DNA of 64,000 nucleotides from Planctomycetota bacterium (GTDB lineage: Bacteria > Planctomycetota > JAJSAM01 > JAJVHW01). The notes below the pieces were generated by a model that was not told the origin of the DNA, did not search any database, and saw only the letters and a program-made list of their open reading frames with translations. Shown in pieces: positions 1 through 13,668 of this stretch; the first letter of the stretch is position 1, and the number at the start of each line of letters is the position of its first letter. The position numbers and the translations under genes are program-made. The stretch lies in contig CBDFJG010000004.1 of the NCBI GenBank assembly GCA_965248445.1, forward strand, positions 192,001-256,000, read 5' to 3'.

Positions 1-36
1 CTGCCGGGCGGGTACGATGCGCCCGAAGAGCCATCG

Positions 37-768
37 ATGCCGCGCACCGCACGCACCGCCGCCCGCCTGACGCTGTTGCTCGTCCTCCCGCTGCTGGCGC
101 TCGCGTGCGACTCGGAGTCCGGCGACAGTGCCGGGAACACGAACGGCGGCGGATCCGACGACGGCGGACTCGTCGGCCGGGACGACATGAGCACGACCGG
201 CCAGGAGCACTACGACCGCGGCGTAGCGGAGGCGAAGGCCGCGATCGCCGCGGGCGAGCCCCGCCTCCAGACGCTCGGCCTGCCCGACTTCAGCGCGGGC
301 GAGCTCGACATCGAGACGGGGTTGCCCACACAGAATCAAGGCTGCGTGATCACCGAAGAGATTGGTGGGTACGTCTCCGGCTGGAACTCGGAGATGCGCC
401 GGGCGGTGGCCGCCGGTGAACTCGACGGCGTGTCGCTGCTCACGAAGGTGACGACCCGCGAGGCAATCGAGCGCCGGTTCGCCGACGGGAGTGCGCACAC
501 CATCCGGTCCGGGGGCGATCCGATCGCGGCTCCGGGCGGCCGCTTTCGCATCGAGGCCGCACCGCATCGCACGCTCGATTCGGAGTACCTCTGGGTGATC
601 GACACCAAGAGCGACGAGCGCCGCGAACTGGCCTTCTTCAGCGGCGAGGCGAAGCTGTTGTTCGAGCACGACGGGGGCACGCTGCTGCTGCGGGACGACG
701 GCTACGGCGTGTACCAGACGTTCGATCTCGGCTCCGCCCTGTTCATGCAGGGGTTCTCCGACCCCTAG
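37..768 (+). CDS. Hypothetical lipoprotein
   Basis: 243 aa ORF with basic N-terminus, hydrophobic stretch and lipobox-like LALA-C, followed by a Gly/Ser/Asp linker; codon usage typical of the window. Confidence 0.75.
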   Translation: MPRTARTAARLTLLLVLPLLALACDSESGDSAGNTNGGGSDDGGLVGRDDMSTTGQEHYDRGVAEAKAAIAAGEPRLQTLGLPDFSAGELDIETGLPTQNQGCVITEEIGGYVSGWNSEMRRAVAAGELDGVSLLTKVTTREAIERRFADGSAHTIRSGGDPIAAPGGRFRIEAAPHRTLDSEYLWVIDTKSDERRELAFFSGEAKLLFEHDGGTLLLRDDGYGVYQTFDLGSALFMQGFSDP

Positions 769-1002
769 GCTCAGCCAGACCGGAGCCGTTCCGGAGCGCC
801 GGGGCTCCGGACGGTGCGGCGTAAATGAGCGAAGTCGAGGGTGGATCGGGTCAGCCGCGTCGTCTAGCCTCGGGGGATGAAATCCGCCGCGGAGGTGGCT
901 CCCAACCGAACCCCGATCCTCTGCATGAAGAGCATGCAACGAGTCAAACACTCGTGCGCACGATGGCATGCAGCCCCACCTCCGCCGCAGACGGAGGTCA
1001 CC

Positions 1003-4000
1003 ATGCTGGGATCGTTCAAGACCAAGATTCTCACCGCGCTGGGTGCCGCGATCGTCATCGCGACGCTCGCCCCGTCTGCGTTCGCGCAGAGCTACACCAT
1101 CACCACGGGCAGCGGCAACTACGCGACGCCGCCCACGAGCGCGACGCAGATCATGCTGGGTGACGACGACACCAAGCCCGTGGACATGCCGTTCGGCTTC
1201 CTCTACTACGGGACGTCGTTCACCAGAGTGAACGTGGGCTCCAACGGCTTCTGCATGTTCGGCGAGTCGTCGGGGTCGCCCTGGAACTTGGTGAACCTGT
1301 TGGACGGAATGGTCGCCGCATGCTGGGACGACATGCACCCCAACGTTGGAGGCCGGGTCGAACACTGGACCACGGGGACCGCCCCGAACCGGGTCTTCCG
1401 TGTCTCATTTACGGGGGTACCGCACTACAACAACCAGGGGTCCTACTACTTCCAGATGCACTTCTACGAGACCTCGGGCCGCATCGTGTTCGCGTACGAC
1501 CAGACCCAGGGCACGTGGACATCGGCGAGCTTCAACGTCGGCATCGATGGGCCGAACGGCGACAGCCGCAGGGACATGGCGAGCAACTCGACGCTCACCT
1601 CGCGACCGGTGGACGACTACATCTTCGATCCGCGGAACACGACGTTCACCGGCACCGTGCTACTCGATCAACTGGTGGTAGACGGCTCGGGAATCGGCAA
1701 CAGCCAGCTCGCCGATCAGCCCGCCGCCTTCGTGCGCATCGAACTCAACGGACCGAAGGGGCTCGCGGCGACCGTTTACACGAACGCGAGCGGCGTGTAC
1801 TCCATGCAGGGACTCGCACTCGACGGCAGCCTCAGCGGCACGGTATCGGTCGTCGCCGGCTCGCTCGCCGGGAAGGTGCTCCAGTCGGACGGCGGCGCTG
1901 CCGTCACATCTGACATCCAGTCAGGCGTTTCGTACGCCAACGACGTCAACCTGGGCACACATACCATCGATGACGGGAACGACTCCGGCGGTTCGATCCG
2001 CGCGGCCGTCCAGGCGGGGATGGCTCTCGGCACGGTGTACGACTGGGTCTCGTCGCGCACCACGTCGGCGATCCCACCGATCGACTTCGTCTATGACGCC
2101 AACAGCGGGAACAACACGGCCTATACGCCGGCGCAGGGCATGGATGCCGCCAAGGCGATCATCGGTTCGCCTCAGAGCGGCAACGATGACGCGACGGACC
2201 CCGCCGTCCTCGCACAGCTGTTCGCGCACCACGCGATCGCGTCGATGACGGGCTTCACACCTACGCAGCCTCACGTCTCGGGCCTCGACAAGGCGACGTC
2301 CGTGGAGAACGCATTCGCGGAGGGCTTCGGCGCTTACCTCTACTCCGTGGTCTCGAACACGAGCACGTGGTTCGAGGGCGTCAACGGCTCGACCTCTGTT
2401 GCCGTCGATCTCGAGACTCCGGCGTTCACCGTCGGGAAGTCGCCGAGCGCGGCCGCCTGGGTCGCCGCGGCGCTGTGGGATCTGGTGGATGCCGAGAACG
2501 AGTCGCACGACGGCGTGGACGGGACCGCAGGGACGGACAAGGAGATCCCGTTCGACCTGATCGACGCCATGCTGTTCGAGCCGACTCCCGCGAGGTTCCT
2601 GGCTGACTGGACCGCGAATGGCGGCAGCGGCCCGGCGCTCGTGCGCGACTTCATCTTCCACGGCGTGTTCGCGGACGACATCTACGAGTTGAACGACTCC
2701 ATCGCGGAGACGGCCAAGCTCGGCGAGATCGGCGTGCGTGTGAACGACCTGGTCCTTCAGCCGTACAACGACGACGTGTTCGAAGTCAGCGTGGGACAGG
2801 ACATCGACGGGCTGCTTGCCGGCATGTCGTTCAACCGATTCGCCGAGAACGCCAGCGTCACGTTCCAGATCCTGGACGAAGCCGGCACGGTGCTCGCCAC
2901 CGGCGCCGCGAATGGCGCGAGCGCTCCGTTCGAGGCGTCCACGGGCCCGCTGGCGGCGGGCAACTACCTCGTCAGGGCCCAGCACGACGCCGGCCCCGTG
3001 GTCACGGACTACACGCTGCAGATCTTCGCACCGATCAAGGCTTCCGCCCCGAACACGCCCGCGTGGACGGCCGGCCGCCCGATCAACCAGCAGATCACCG
3101 TGGAGGGCGGGATCCCTCCCTTCACGATGAGCGTCAAGCCGCCGAACATCCTGCCCAGCGGCCTCACGATCAACAGCGTCGACCTGACGCTCGGCGGCGT
3201 GATCAACAACATCGGCAACATCTCGTTCGCGCTCACGATCGAGGACGACGGCGCCCCGATCCACTCGGCCCAGCTGGGCCGCAGCTTCGTGATCAACCCG
3301 GCGCTGGAATTCGCGGCGCCTGACCTGACCGGCGTCCCGATCAACAAGCAGACGACGATTTCGCTCGGGCGCACCGGTGGCACGCCGCCGTTCCTCGTCA
3401 GCGATCTCCAGGGCACCATCCCGAGCGGGCTGACGGTCGACACCGACACGTTCGAGATCATCGGCACTGCGACCGTCGCAGGCGGCGAGAAGCTGACCAT
3501 GGAGGCATCGGACGTCGCCGGTTCGACCGCGAACCTCGACACGTCGATCGTGGTCTGCCTCCCGTTCGAAGGGAAGTCCACGAACGCGCTCCTGAAGACG
3601 GGCGACTCGTCCGCAGGTTTCTACTTCGATGCGCTCGAGGCCACCACGGCCAACATCAGCATCAAGACGCTGAAGCGGCAGGAGAAGCGCACTCTGAACA
3701 TGATCCTGATCGGTCCCGACGGAGGCGCGGTCGACGCCGGCGTCCTCAAGCTCAAGAACGGCAAGGCAACTCTCAAGAAGGTGACCCTGCCGGACACGGG
3801 CCGGTACTACGCCGCGCTCGCGAGCGAGCAGGGCGGTGAGACGACCTTGGTCGGCAAGCTCAAGAAGAAGCAGCCGACGACGTTCAAGGGCAAGGAAGAG
3901 AACATCGGTCTCGAGACCGTGATCGAGTTCTCCTTCCCCGCCATCGAGGGCGCCACGTTCGACTTCCGCGGCCGTCTCTCCGGCGGAGTGGGCGTCAGGG

Positions 4001-4209
4001 TCGAGTACCTGAGGGCACCCGACGGAACGCTCGTCGCGGGCGCGTCACTCGACATCACCGAGAGCGGTAAGTCGATCCGGGTGCGCGGCGACCTCGATCA
4101 GTCCGGGACATGGACCGTTCGCATCAGCCCGAAGGCCGGCAAGCGCGGGAACCTGAAGTACACGATGAAGGTGAAGAACCCGAAGGGTGTGGAGTTCTCC
4201 GCCGACTGA
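1003..4209 (+). CDS. Large secreted multidomain protein (NIDO-like domain, degenerate zincin-like region, PPC-like and Ig-like repeats, Lys-rich C-terminus)
   Basis: GGAGG at 993-997 precedes ATG 1003; signal peptide ending AFA-Q; NIDO-like GDDD..MPFGFLYYG...VGSNGF...WDD; Ig-like GGIPPFT..LPSGLTI and GGTPPF..IPSGLTV repeats. Confidence 0.8.
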   Translation: MLGSFKTKILTALGAAIVIATLAPSAFAQSYTITTGSGNYATPPTSATQIMLGDDDTKPVDMPFGFLYYGTSFTRVNVGSNGFCMFGESSGSPWNLVNLLDGMVAACWDDMHPNVGGRVEHWTTGTAPNRVFRVSFTGVPHYNNQGSYYFQMHFYETSGRIVFAYDQTQGTWTSASFNVGIDGPNGDSRRDMASNSTLTSRPVDDYIFDPRNTTFTGTVLLDQLVVDGSGIGNSQLADQPAAFVRIELNGPKGLAATVYTNASGVYSMQGLALDGSLSGTVSVVAGSLAGKVLQSDGGAAVTSDIQSGVSYANDVNLGTHTIDDGNDSGGSIRAAVQAGMALGTVYDWVSSRTTSAIPPIDFVYDANSGNNTAYTPAQGMDAAKAIIGSPQSGNDDATDPAVLAQLFAHHAIASMTGFTPTQPHVSGLDKATSVENAFAEGFGAYLYSVVSNTSTWFEGVNGSTSVAVDLETPAFTVGKSPSAAAWVAAALWDLVDAENESHDGVDGTAGTDKEIPFDLIDAMLFEPTPARFLADWTANGGSGPALVRDFIFHGVFADDIYELNDSIAETAKLGEIGVRVNDLVLQPYNDDVFEVSVGQDIDGLLAGMSFNRFAENASVTFQILDEAGTVLATGAANGASAPFEASTGPLAAGNYLVRAQHDAGPVVTDYTLQIFAPIKASAPNTPAWTAGRPINQQITVEGGIPPFTMSVKPPNILPSGLTINSVDLTLGGVINNIGNISFALTIEDDGAPIHSAQLGRSFVINPALEFAAPDLTGVPINKQTTISLGRTGGTPPFLVSDLQGTIPSGLTVDTDTFEIIGTATVAGGEKLTMEASDVAGSTANLDTSIVVCLPFEGKSTNALLKTGDSSAGFYFDALEATTANISIKTLKRQEKRTLNMILIGPDGGAVDAGVLKLKNGKATLKKVTLPDTGRYYAALASEQGGETTLVGKLKKKQPTTFKGKEENIGLETVIEFSFPAIEGATFDFRGRLSGGVGVRVEYLRAPDGTLVAGASLDITESGKSIRVRGDLDQSGTWTVRISPKAGKRGNLKYTMKVKNPKGVEFSAD

Positions 4210-4235
4210 TCGGCGAAGCCAGAGCGACACAAACT

Positions 4236-4270
4236 GCGCCCGGCCGCTTCGGCGGCCGGGCGCTTCTCGT
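4236..4270 (+). terminator. Intrinsic terminator-like hairpin
   Basis: Perfect 12-bp stem GCGCCCGGCCGC-TTCG-GCGGCCGGGCGC followed by TTCTCGT, 26 nt after the stop at 4209. Confidence 0.75.
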
Positions 4271-4390
4271 TCCCGGCGCACGTTTGCCGGCGCACGCTTG
4301 CCGGTTCGGGGCGCCGGGCGTCAGCTGTCGCATGCGGCGGGCACACCGGCACGGGTACGATGCGCGCTTCCCCTTCTGGAGCCCGACGCC

Positions 4391-7300
4391 ATGACCCGAC
4401 GCCTCGCCGTGTTCGCCGCGACTCTCGTCCTCGCGCTCTCGGTTCATCACACGCGCGCCCAGGACGAGCCGCCGGAGAACGACAAGGACACGCCCAAGTG
4501 GGACGTCGATGACCCCGGCGGTCCGTATCGCACCCTGTCGTTCGACACGGATGAAGGCACGTGGATGAGCGTCGACGTGCATCCGGACGGACAGCTGCTC
4601 GCGTTCGACCTGCTCGGCGACATCTACACCGTCCCGGTTGCGGGCGGCGACGCAACGCTCGTCTCCGGCGGCCTGGCCTACGACGTACAGCCCCGTTGGA
4701 GCCCCGACGGCAAGACGATCTCGTTCACCTCGGACCGCGGCGGCGGCGACAACGTCTGGCTGATGGAAGCGGACGGCGCCAATCGGCGGGCGCTGACGAG
4801 CGAGGACTTCCGCCTGATCAACAACGGCGTGTGGCACCACTCCGGAGAGTGGATCGTCGCCAAGAAGCACTTCACGTCGCGGCGGAGTCTCGGCGCGGGC
4901 GAGATGTGGATGTACCGCCTCGACGGTGCCGGCAAGGGCGTCCAGCTCACCAAGCGCAAGAACGACCAGCAGGACGTCGGCGAGCCGGAGCTCTCGCCCG
5001 ACGGCAAGTACCTCTACTGGTCCGAGGACATGTCCGGTGGCGAGACGTTTCAATACAACAAGGATCCGCATGGCACCATCTACGTGATCCGCCGGCTCGA
5101 CATGGAGAGCGGCGAAATTCGCGACGAGATCCGCCGCCCCGGCGGCGCGATCCGCCCGCAGATCAGTCCCGACGGCAAGACGCTCGCGTACGTGCGTCGC
5201 GTGCGCGGCAAGTCCGTGCTGACGCTCCGCGACCTGGGGCACGGCACCGACCGCGATCTGTGGAACGGCCTGTCCATCGACCAGCAGGAGACCTGGGCAA
5301 TCTTCGGTCCGTACCCGGGGTTCGACTGGACACCGGACGGCAACGCCATCGTGATCTGGGCCAAGGGCAAGCTGTACCGGGTGGACGCTCGCGGCGGCAA
5401 CGCGACCGTGATCCCCATCAAGGCGAAGGTCGAACAGCGGTTGCTCGAGACCCGCCGTATCGACCACTCGGTCGCCGGCGGCACGTTCGACGTCAAGGTC
5501 GTGCGCTGGCCGCAGATGAGCTCCGACAGGAAGACAGCGGTGTTCCAGGCGCTCGGAGCCCTCTATCGCCGGTCGCTCCCCGACGGCACGCCTGAGCGCA
5601 TCACCGGCAAGACTGCGGACTTCGAGTACGCGCCGTGGCTCGCAGCCGACGGCCGGACCATCGTCTACACGACGTGGAGGGACAACGAGGGCGGGCGCGT
5701 GAAGTCCGTGAACATCGACGGCTCGAACCCGCGCACGCTGGTCGACTGGCCCGGTCACTACGCGTCGGCGGCGCTCTCGCCGGACGGCAAGGAAGTGGTC
5801 TTCCACCGCGCGAGCGCCGACGGTTACCGCGGCGCGGCGTTCGCACACGAGCCGGGTGTCTACCGCCAGAAGATCGCGCCGGGCGCCGAGCCCCGTCTGG
5901 TCGCTCGCGGCGGACGCAAGCCGCGATTCTCGGCAGACGCCCGCCGCATCACGTTCCTCGGGCGCGACGGCGAGAAGAACGCGCTGATCTCGATGGACCG
6001 GATCGGTTCGGATCGCCGCGTCGTCGCGACGTCCGAGCACGCGACCGACTTCGAGGTCTCGCCCGACGGCAAGTGGATCGCTTTCCAGGAACTGTGGCAG
6101 ACGTACGTGGCGCCGTTGCCCGCGTCACCCGCCACGGTCGAACTGGGACCCAAGTCGAAGGCTGTCCCCGTTCGCCGCCTCTCGTACCCGGGCGGCGCGT
6201 ACCTCTCCTGGTCAGCCGACTCGTCTCAGGTGCGCTGGAGCCTGGGTCCGGACGTCTACGACGCCGCCGTCACCGACGTGTACGCGAGTGAGCCGGAGAA
6301 AGACCAGCGTGGCGTCGGAGCGGCGCCGCTGCGTCTCGGCTTCCCGCAGCCGGCCGACGTGCCCGGCGGAGTCGTCGCTTTCACGAACGCGACGGTCCTG
6401 CCGATGCACGACCTCTCCCGGATCGACGGCGCGACCGTCGTCGTCCGCGGGAACCGCATCGAAGCGGTCGGCGCGGACGTCGCCGTGCCCGAAGGCGCAA
6501 CGGTGATCGATTGCGACGGACAGGTCCTCATGCCGGGGATCGTGGACGTGCACTCGCACACGGGGTCGAGCTCTCACAGCATTCAGTCCCAGCAGAACTG
6601 GGCGTTCGTCGCCATGCTCGCCTTCGGCGTGACGACCTCACACGACCCGAGCAACAACACCGAGAGCATCTACGCGGAGTCGGAACTCGTGCGCGCCGGC
6701 CATCGCGTCGGTCCGCGCATCCTCTCCACGGGCACGATCCTGTACGGCGCGGAGGGCGACTTCAAGGCGGTCGTCAACTCGTACGAGGACGCGCTGCAGG
6801 AGGTCGCCCGCACCGCCGCCTGGGGACCGGTCAGCGTGAAGAGCTACAACCAGCCGCGACGCGATCAGCGGCAGCAGGTGCTCAAGGCCGCGCGTGAAGT
6901 CGGCGTCATGGTCGTCCCCGAGGGCGGTTCGACGCTGCACTACAACATGTCGCACGCGCTCGACGGGCACACGACGCTCGAGCACGCCGTACCGGTCGCT
7001 CCGCTGTACGAGCCGTCCCTGCGGCTCATCGCCGAGTCCGGCACTGCGTACACCCCCACGCTCGTCGTCGGGTACGGCGGGCTGATGGGAGAGAACTACT
7101 GGTACGCGAAGACGCGCGTCTGGGAGAACGAGCGCCTGCTCCGCTTCGTGCCGCGCAGCGTCGTCGACCCGAACGCCCGCCGCCGCACCCTCGCGACGGA
7201 CGACGACGACTATCACCACATCCGGCTGGCGGAGACGTGCGCCGAAGTCGTGAGGCGAGGCGGCACGGCCGAGATCGGCGCGCACGGCCAGCTACAGGGA

Positions 7301-7642
7301 CTCGCGGCGCACTGGGAGACGTGGATGCTCCACCAGGGCGGACTGACGCCGCACGAGGCACTGCGTTGCGCGTCCTACATGGGCGCCAAGGCGATCTGCC
7401 TCGACCACGAACTCGGCTCGGTGCAGCCGGGCATGCTCGCCGATCTGATCGTCATGGATGCCGCCGTGCTCGAGGACATGCAAGCGTCGGAGCGCATCTC
7501 GTTCGTCATGGCGAACGGCCGGCTGTACGACGCGAACTCCATGGAGCAGATCGCTCCCGTGCGCCGCAAGCTCCCACGCGGCCCCGCGCTCGATCAGATC
7601 CGCGGAGACACCGTGCACGCCCACTGCCGCTGCGGCCGCTGA
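4391..7642 (+). CDS. Secreted amidohydrolase with N-terminal TolB/PD40 beta-propellers
   Basis: Signal peptide; repeated WSPDG/ISPDG PD40 motifs; amidohydrolase motifs MPGIVDVHSH, TLEH, GAHGQ and GSVQPGMLADLIV. Confidence 0.9.
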   Translation: MTRRLAVFAATLVLALSVHHTRAQDEPPENDKDTPKWDVDDPGGPYRTLSFDTDEGTWMSVDVHPDGQLLAFDLLGDIYTVPVAGGDATLVSGGLAYDVQPRWSPDGKTISFTSDRGGGDNVWLMEADGANRRALTSEDFRLINNGVWHHSGEWIVAKKHFTSRRSLGAGEMWMYRLDGAGKGVQLTKRKNDQQDVGEPELSPDGKYLYWSEDMSGGETFQYNKDPHGTIYVIRRLDMESGEIRDEIRRPGGAIRPQISPDGKTLAYVRRVRGKSVLTLRDLGHGTDRDLWNGLSIDQQETWAIFGPYPGFDWTPDGNAIVIWAKGKLYRVDARGGNATVIPIKAKVEQRLLETRRIDHSVAGGTFDVKVVRWPQMSSDRKTAVFQALGALYRRSLPDGTPERITGKTADFEYAPWLAADGRTIVYTTWRDNEGGRVKSVNIDGSNPRTLVDWPGHYASAALSPDGKEVVFHRASADGYRGAAFAHEPGVYRQKIAPGAEPRLVARGGRKPRFSADARRITFLGRDGEKNALISMDRIGSDRRVVATSEHATDFEVSPDGKWIAFQELWQTYVAPLPASPATVELGPKSKAVPVRRLSYPGGAYLSWSADSSQVRWSLGPDVYDAAVTDVYASEPEKDQRGVGAAPLRLGFPQPADVPGGVVAFTNATVLPMHDLSRIDGATVVVRGNRIEAVGADVAVPEGATVIDCDGQVLMPGIVDVHSHTGSSSHSIQSQQNWAFVAMLAFGVTTSHDPSNNTESIYAESELVRAGHRVGPRILSTGTILYGAEGDFKAVVNSYEDALQEVARTAAWGPVSVKSYNQPRRDQRQQVLKAAREVGVMVVPEGGSTLHYNMSHALDGHTTLEHAVPVAPLYEPSLRLIAESGTAYTPTLVVGYGGLMGENYWYAKTRVWENERLLRFVPRSVVDPNARRRTLATDDDDYHHIRLAETCAEVVRRGGTAEIGAHGQLQGLAAHWETWMLHQGGLTPHEALRCASYMGAKAICLDHELGSVQPGMLADLIVMDAAVLEDMQASERISFVMANGRLYDANSMEQIAPVRRKLPRGPALDQIRGDTVHAHCRCGR

Positions 7643-7648
7643 GGTTCG

Positions 7649-10276
<2,628 letters not shown>

Positions 10277-10422
10277 CACGCGCCTCCTGCCACGCCGGCC
10301 GGGCGCGGTCGGTAGGGAGATCGCAAAGCCCCTGCCGAACCCCGCAGGCTGCGAGCACGTCGCAGAGCGACGCTCCAGAGGCGCCGAGGCCGTCGCCTGC
10401 GACGTCGCCCGGCGCCGGAGTG

Positions 10423-13400
10423 TCAGGCGGACAGGGAGCGCACGAGAGCCTCGATCCGGGCCCGCGCGTCCCCATCGAGCGGCCGGCCACCGAAGCGCGC
10501 GGCGTCCAGGTCGCGTGCTGCGGGCAGGAGCGCCGCCATACCGGCGCCGGCCGCACCGACGACGCGGCCGGCCAGCTCGCCGCGTGTCTCGGCGGGCCCC
10601 CGCCGGAAACCGCGCCGGGCCAGCGCCCGCTCGAGCCGCTCGGACAGCAGGAGCGCCTCGCGCGCGGCAGGATCGATCGGTGTGCCGGGGCCGGCTCCCC
10701 GACCACGACGGATCAGGTAGGCGATCTGCGCCAGGAGAGCGGCGAGCACGAGCGCGGCGACCAGCAGGCGAATGCTCCGCGGTGTGCGCGAGAGCGTCGC
10801 GCGGAGCGCGCGAAGCGCGGCGGTTCCGCCGCCGCCGAGCAGCGCAGCCACGTCGTCAAGCGCTTGTTCGGCCCACTTCGCGGTGGGCCCGGTCGTCCCT
10901 CTCCCGGTGTCGCGGTCAGGATCGGGCGGGGTCGGGTCGAAGGCCACCCACCCGACATCCGCGAAGCGCACCTCGATCCACGCGTGCGTGTCGCGGGGCC
11001 GAACAACGTACGCGTTTCTTGCTGCGTCCCACTCGTGAACCGTGAACCCCGACACGATGCGAGCGGGCAGCCCTTGCGTGCGGAGCATCAGCGCGGCCGC
11101 AGTCGCGTAGTGCGTGCAGTACCCCTCGCGCCGTTCGAGAAGATCGACCACGCCGGCGGCGTTGACCGAGCGGGTCGTCTCGCGTGAGTACGAGAAGCCC
11201 CGCTGGAAGAAGGAGACCACCCGTTGCACGCGGTCGAGGTCGCTGCGGGCCCGACTCGTGATCCTCTTCGCCTCCGCGGCGACGCGTGTCAGCGCAGGCG
11301 TCGGCGGCGGTAGCTGCGTGTGCCAGCCCGACGACGCTTCGGTGTTCATCGAGTGGTCCACTCGCGATCCGCGACCGGGATCGCGTGCGCGGAGGTCGTA
11401 CGTGAACCACTCAGCGGGCGCCTCGTCGAGCACCGTGAACCGCTCGGGATCGTGGCGCAGTTCGGGAAGCCGCACGGCCTGAGTGTTCGCGGTCGCGAAC
11501 AGCAACGACCAGCCATGCGGCGGCACGGGCATGTCGTACTGCGATACGCGCAGTTCCACCGCATCGCGGTCGCTCACCGGCGAGCCGACCTGCGTCCAAC
11601 CGTCCGCAACGCCGTCGCTTCTGTCGAGTCGCTTGCCCGGCATCTTGATCGTGCTTGAGCGTGGTCCGCCGGGTCCGAAGCGAGCCATCGCGATGCCGCG
11701 CAGGAGCAGCGGACCGAGCCACCCCGCCGGAGTCGCGCTGCGCCGGGGCTCGACCTCCATGATGATCTCGTAGCCCGGCAGGGGGATGCCCTCGCCGGAG
11801 ACGCCGGAGGGGAACTCGTGCCGCAGTGCGGCAGCGGAGAGCAAGCCGCGACCGCCGTCCTCCGCCCGGCCGCCCTCGGCGAACTCTCGATCCTCGATCA
11901 GGTCGCCGCTCACGCTCAGCGAGCGGAGCGGCGCCCACGCGGCGAGTGGCTGCAGAACCACGAGGAGCGCTGCGAACACGGCGGTTGCCGCGATCGGGCG
12001 GAGGAACCGCCGCACGCGCGTTGTTCCCGCGGCGATGGAGCGCTTGGTGACCCGTGCTACGGCTGCGCGCCGGCGGGTCGAGAGCACCTCTCCCGCCGCG
12101 TTGAATGCGACCAGGGCGACCGCGAGCAGCGCCAGTCCGACGAGACCGCTCGGCAACGTGGCGAACGCCGCCACGGCGAGCGCGAGCGCGAGCGCGGGCA
12201 CGGAGGTGCGAGCACTCTCCGCCGGAAGGCGACCGATCGTGAACGACAGCGCGGCGAGGAGCACGACGACGGCCGCGAGCGAAACATCGTGCACCATCAC
12301 GGTGCCGAGGCCGACGACGGCCAGCGACACGAGACCGATCGGAGCCGCGCGCCGCAGGGACTTGGAAGGGCCCCGTCCTTCGAGCGCTGCCGCGAGACCC
12401 GGGAAGTGCGAGATGGCGAGAACAGCAAGCGGGGGCGCGCGCTCGGCGAGGAGCACGATCACGCCGATCACCAGCCCGAACACGCCGGCCACGTACACCA
12501 TGAGACTGGGCGCAGATCGTTCGGGCGCCCTCCGCGCTCGCCGGAACCGCCGGTGCCGAGCGCCGCGCCGCACCAGCGCGGCCCGCACGGACTCGCTGTC
12601 GACGTCGAGAACCCGCACCGCCGCGTCCCCCCACGTCTCCAGGTCACTCAGCCGCCCGCCGCCGGCCGTCACGACGATGACGTCCTCGCCGCGCACCGGA
12701 TGCAGACCAGCGACCGGCGTCTCCGGCTGTTCGGACACGACGCCGGCGAGCGTGCTCAGCATCGCGGGCAGCGCCGACCGTCCGCGGCGGGAGCGCGTGA
12801 CCGTGCGCTCCGGGCCGGCGAGTGAGAGCCGGACAGCGCGACGTTCGCCCAACTCGTGCGCGGCGACGGACGCTGTCAGCGTCACCGCGTCCTCGAACGC
12901 GCGGCGGCGTTCGCGTGTCGATCCAGCGACCCGCGGGTCCAGTACGACGTGCGTGGACGGCCGCTCCTCGCCGCGGAGTTCCCGCACCAGCAGATCGCCC
13001 CGGCGGGCGGAGAGGCGCCAGTGCACGTGCCGCAAGGACTCTCCCGGGCGCCACTCGCGAACGCCGAAAGGCTCCTGCGCTGCCCCCCGCGGGGACGGGG
13101 CTGCATCCACGGCCCCCGCACGCGGTGGGTGTTCGAGCGGAAGGTCTCGCAGCGCCACGACGCGGGGCAGCACCAGCAGGTCGGCCGCGACGTCGTGACG
13201 CGCCGTCGTGCAGAGGATGCCGAGCGGATCGGTGCTGTCGATGACGAGTGCCAGCCGCGAATGACGTCCACGCCGCGCGATGCGGTGCACGCCGCGAACG
13301 TGCATAGACTGACCCGGACGCAGAGCCGCCAGGAAACCGAGCGGTCGCGTGCCGGTCCCCACCACGACGCGCACCGTTGCGTCCTCGAGCACACCGAAGC

Positions 13401-13668
13401 GACCGGTGTGCTCGACCGGGACCCTCAGCTCGAACGGCTGCCCGGCGGTGCCGCTCGCCGGAAGCAGCGCGCCGATCTTCACGCGGCGCAGCGGCGTCCA
13501 CGCGAACAGCAGCCCGATGAGGAGGAGCGCGGCGAGCGCGGCAGCCACCGACGCCAGGGCGCCCCCGACGGTCCACGCCAGCAGCCACGCGAACAGCGCC
13601 GCCAGCGCCACGACGCGGCCACGGGCGGTCAGCGAGCGCGTGAGCGACGGCGGATCAGCTGGGGACAC
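10423..13668 (-). CDS. DUF58 domain fused to TgpA-like membrane transglutaminase with DUF4129-like tail
   Basis: DUF58 motif [20 protein letters not shown], several TM helices, transglutaminase triad GYCTHYA / THAWIEV / FDPTP, C-terminal [12 protein letters not shown]. Confidence 0.85.
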   Translation of the reverse strand: MSPADPPSLTRSLTARGRVVALAALFAWLLAWTVGGALASVAAALAALLLIGLLFAWTPLRRVKIGALLPASGTAGQPFELRVPVEHTGRFGVLEDATVRVVVGTGTRPLGFLAALRPGQSMHVRGVHRIARRGRHSRLALVIDSTDPLGILCTTARHDVAADLLVLPRVVALRDLPLEHPPRAGAVDAAPSPRGAAQEPFGVREWRPGESLRHVHWRLSARRGDLLVRELRGEERPSTHVVLDPRVAGSTRERRRAFEDAVTLTASVAAHELGERRAVRLSLAGPERTVTRSRRGRSALPAMLSTLAGVVSEQPETPVAGLHPVRGEDVIVVTAGGGRLSDLETWGDAAVRVLDVDSESVRAALVRRGARHRRFRRARRAPERSAPSLMVYVAGVFGLVIGVIVLLAERAPPLAVLAISHFPGLAAALEGRGPSKSLRRAAPIGLVSLAVVGLGTVMVHDVSLAAVVVLLAALSFTIGRLPAESARTSVPALALALAVAAFATLPSGLVGLALLAVALVAFNAAGEVLSTRRRAAVARVTKRSIAAGTTRVRRFLRPIAATAVFAALLVVLQPLAAWAPLRSLSVSGDLIEDREFAEGGRAEDGGRGLLSAAALRHEFPSGVSGEGIPLPGYEIIMEVEPRRSATPAGWLGPLLLRGIAMARFGPGGPRSSTIKMPGKRLDRSDGVADGWTQVGSPVSDRDAVELRVSQYDMPVPPHGWSLLFATANTQAVRLPELRHDPERFTVLDEAPAEWFTYDLRARDPGRGSRVDHSMNTEASSGWHTQLPPPTPALTRVAAEAKRITSRARSDLDRVQRVVSFFQRGFSYSRETTRSVNAAGVVDLLERREGYCTHYATAAALMLRTQGLPARIVSGFTVHEWDAARNAYVVRPRDTHAWIEVRFADVGWVAFDPTPPDPDRDTGRGTTGPTAKWAEQALDDVAALLGGGGTAALRALRATLSRTPRSIRLLVAALVLAALLAQIAYLIRRGRGAGPGTPIDPAAREALLLSERLERALARRGFRRGPAETRGELAGRVVGAAGAGMAALLPAARDLDAARFGGRPLDGDARARIEALVRSLSA

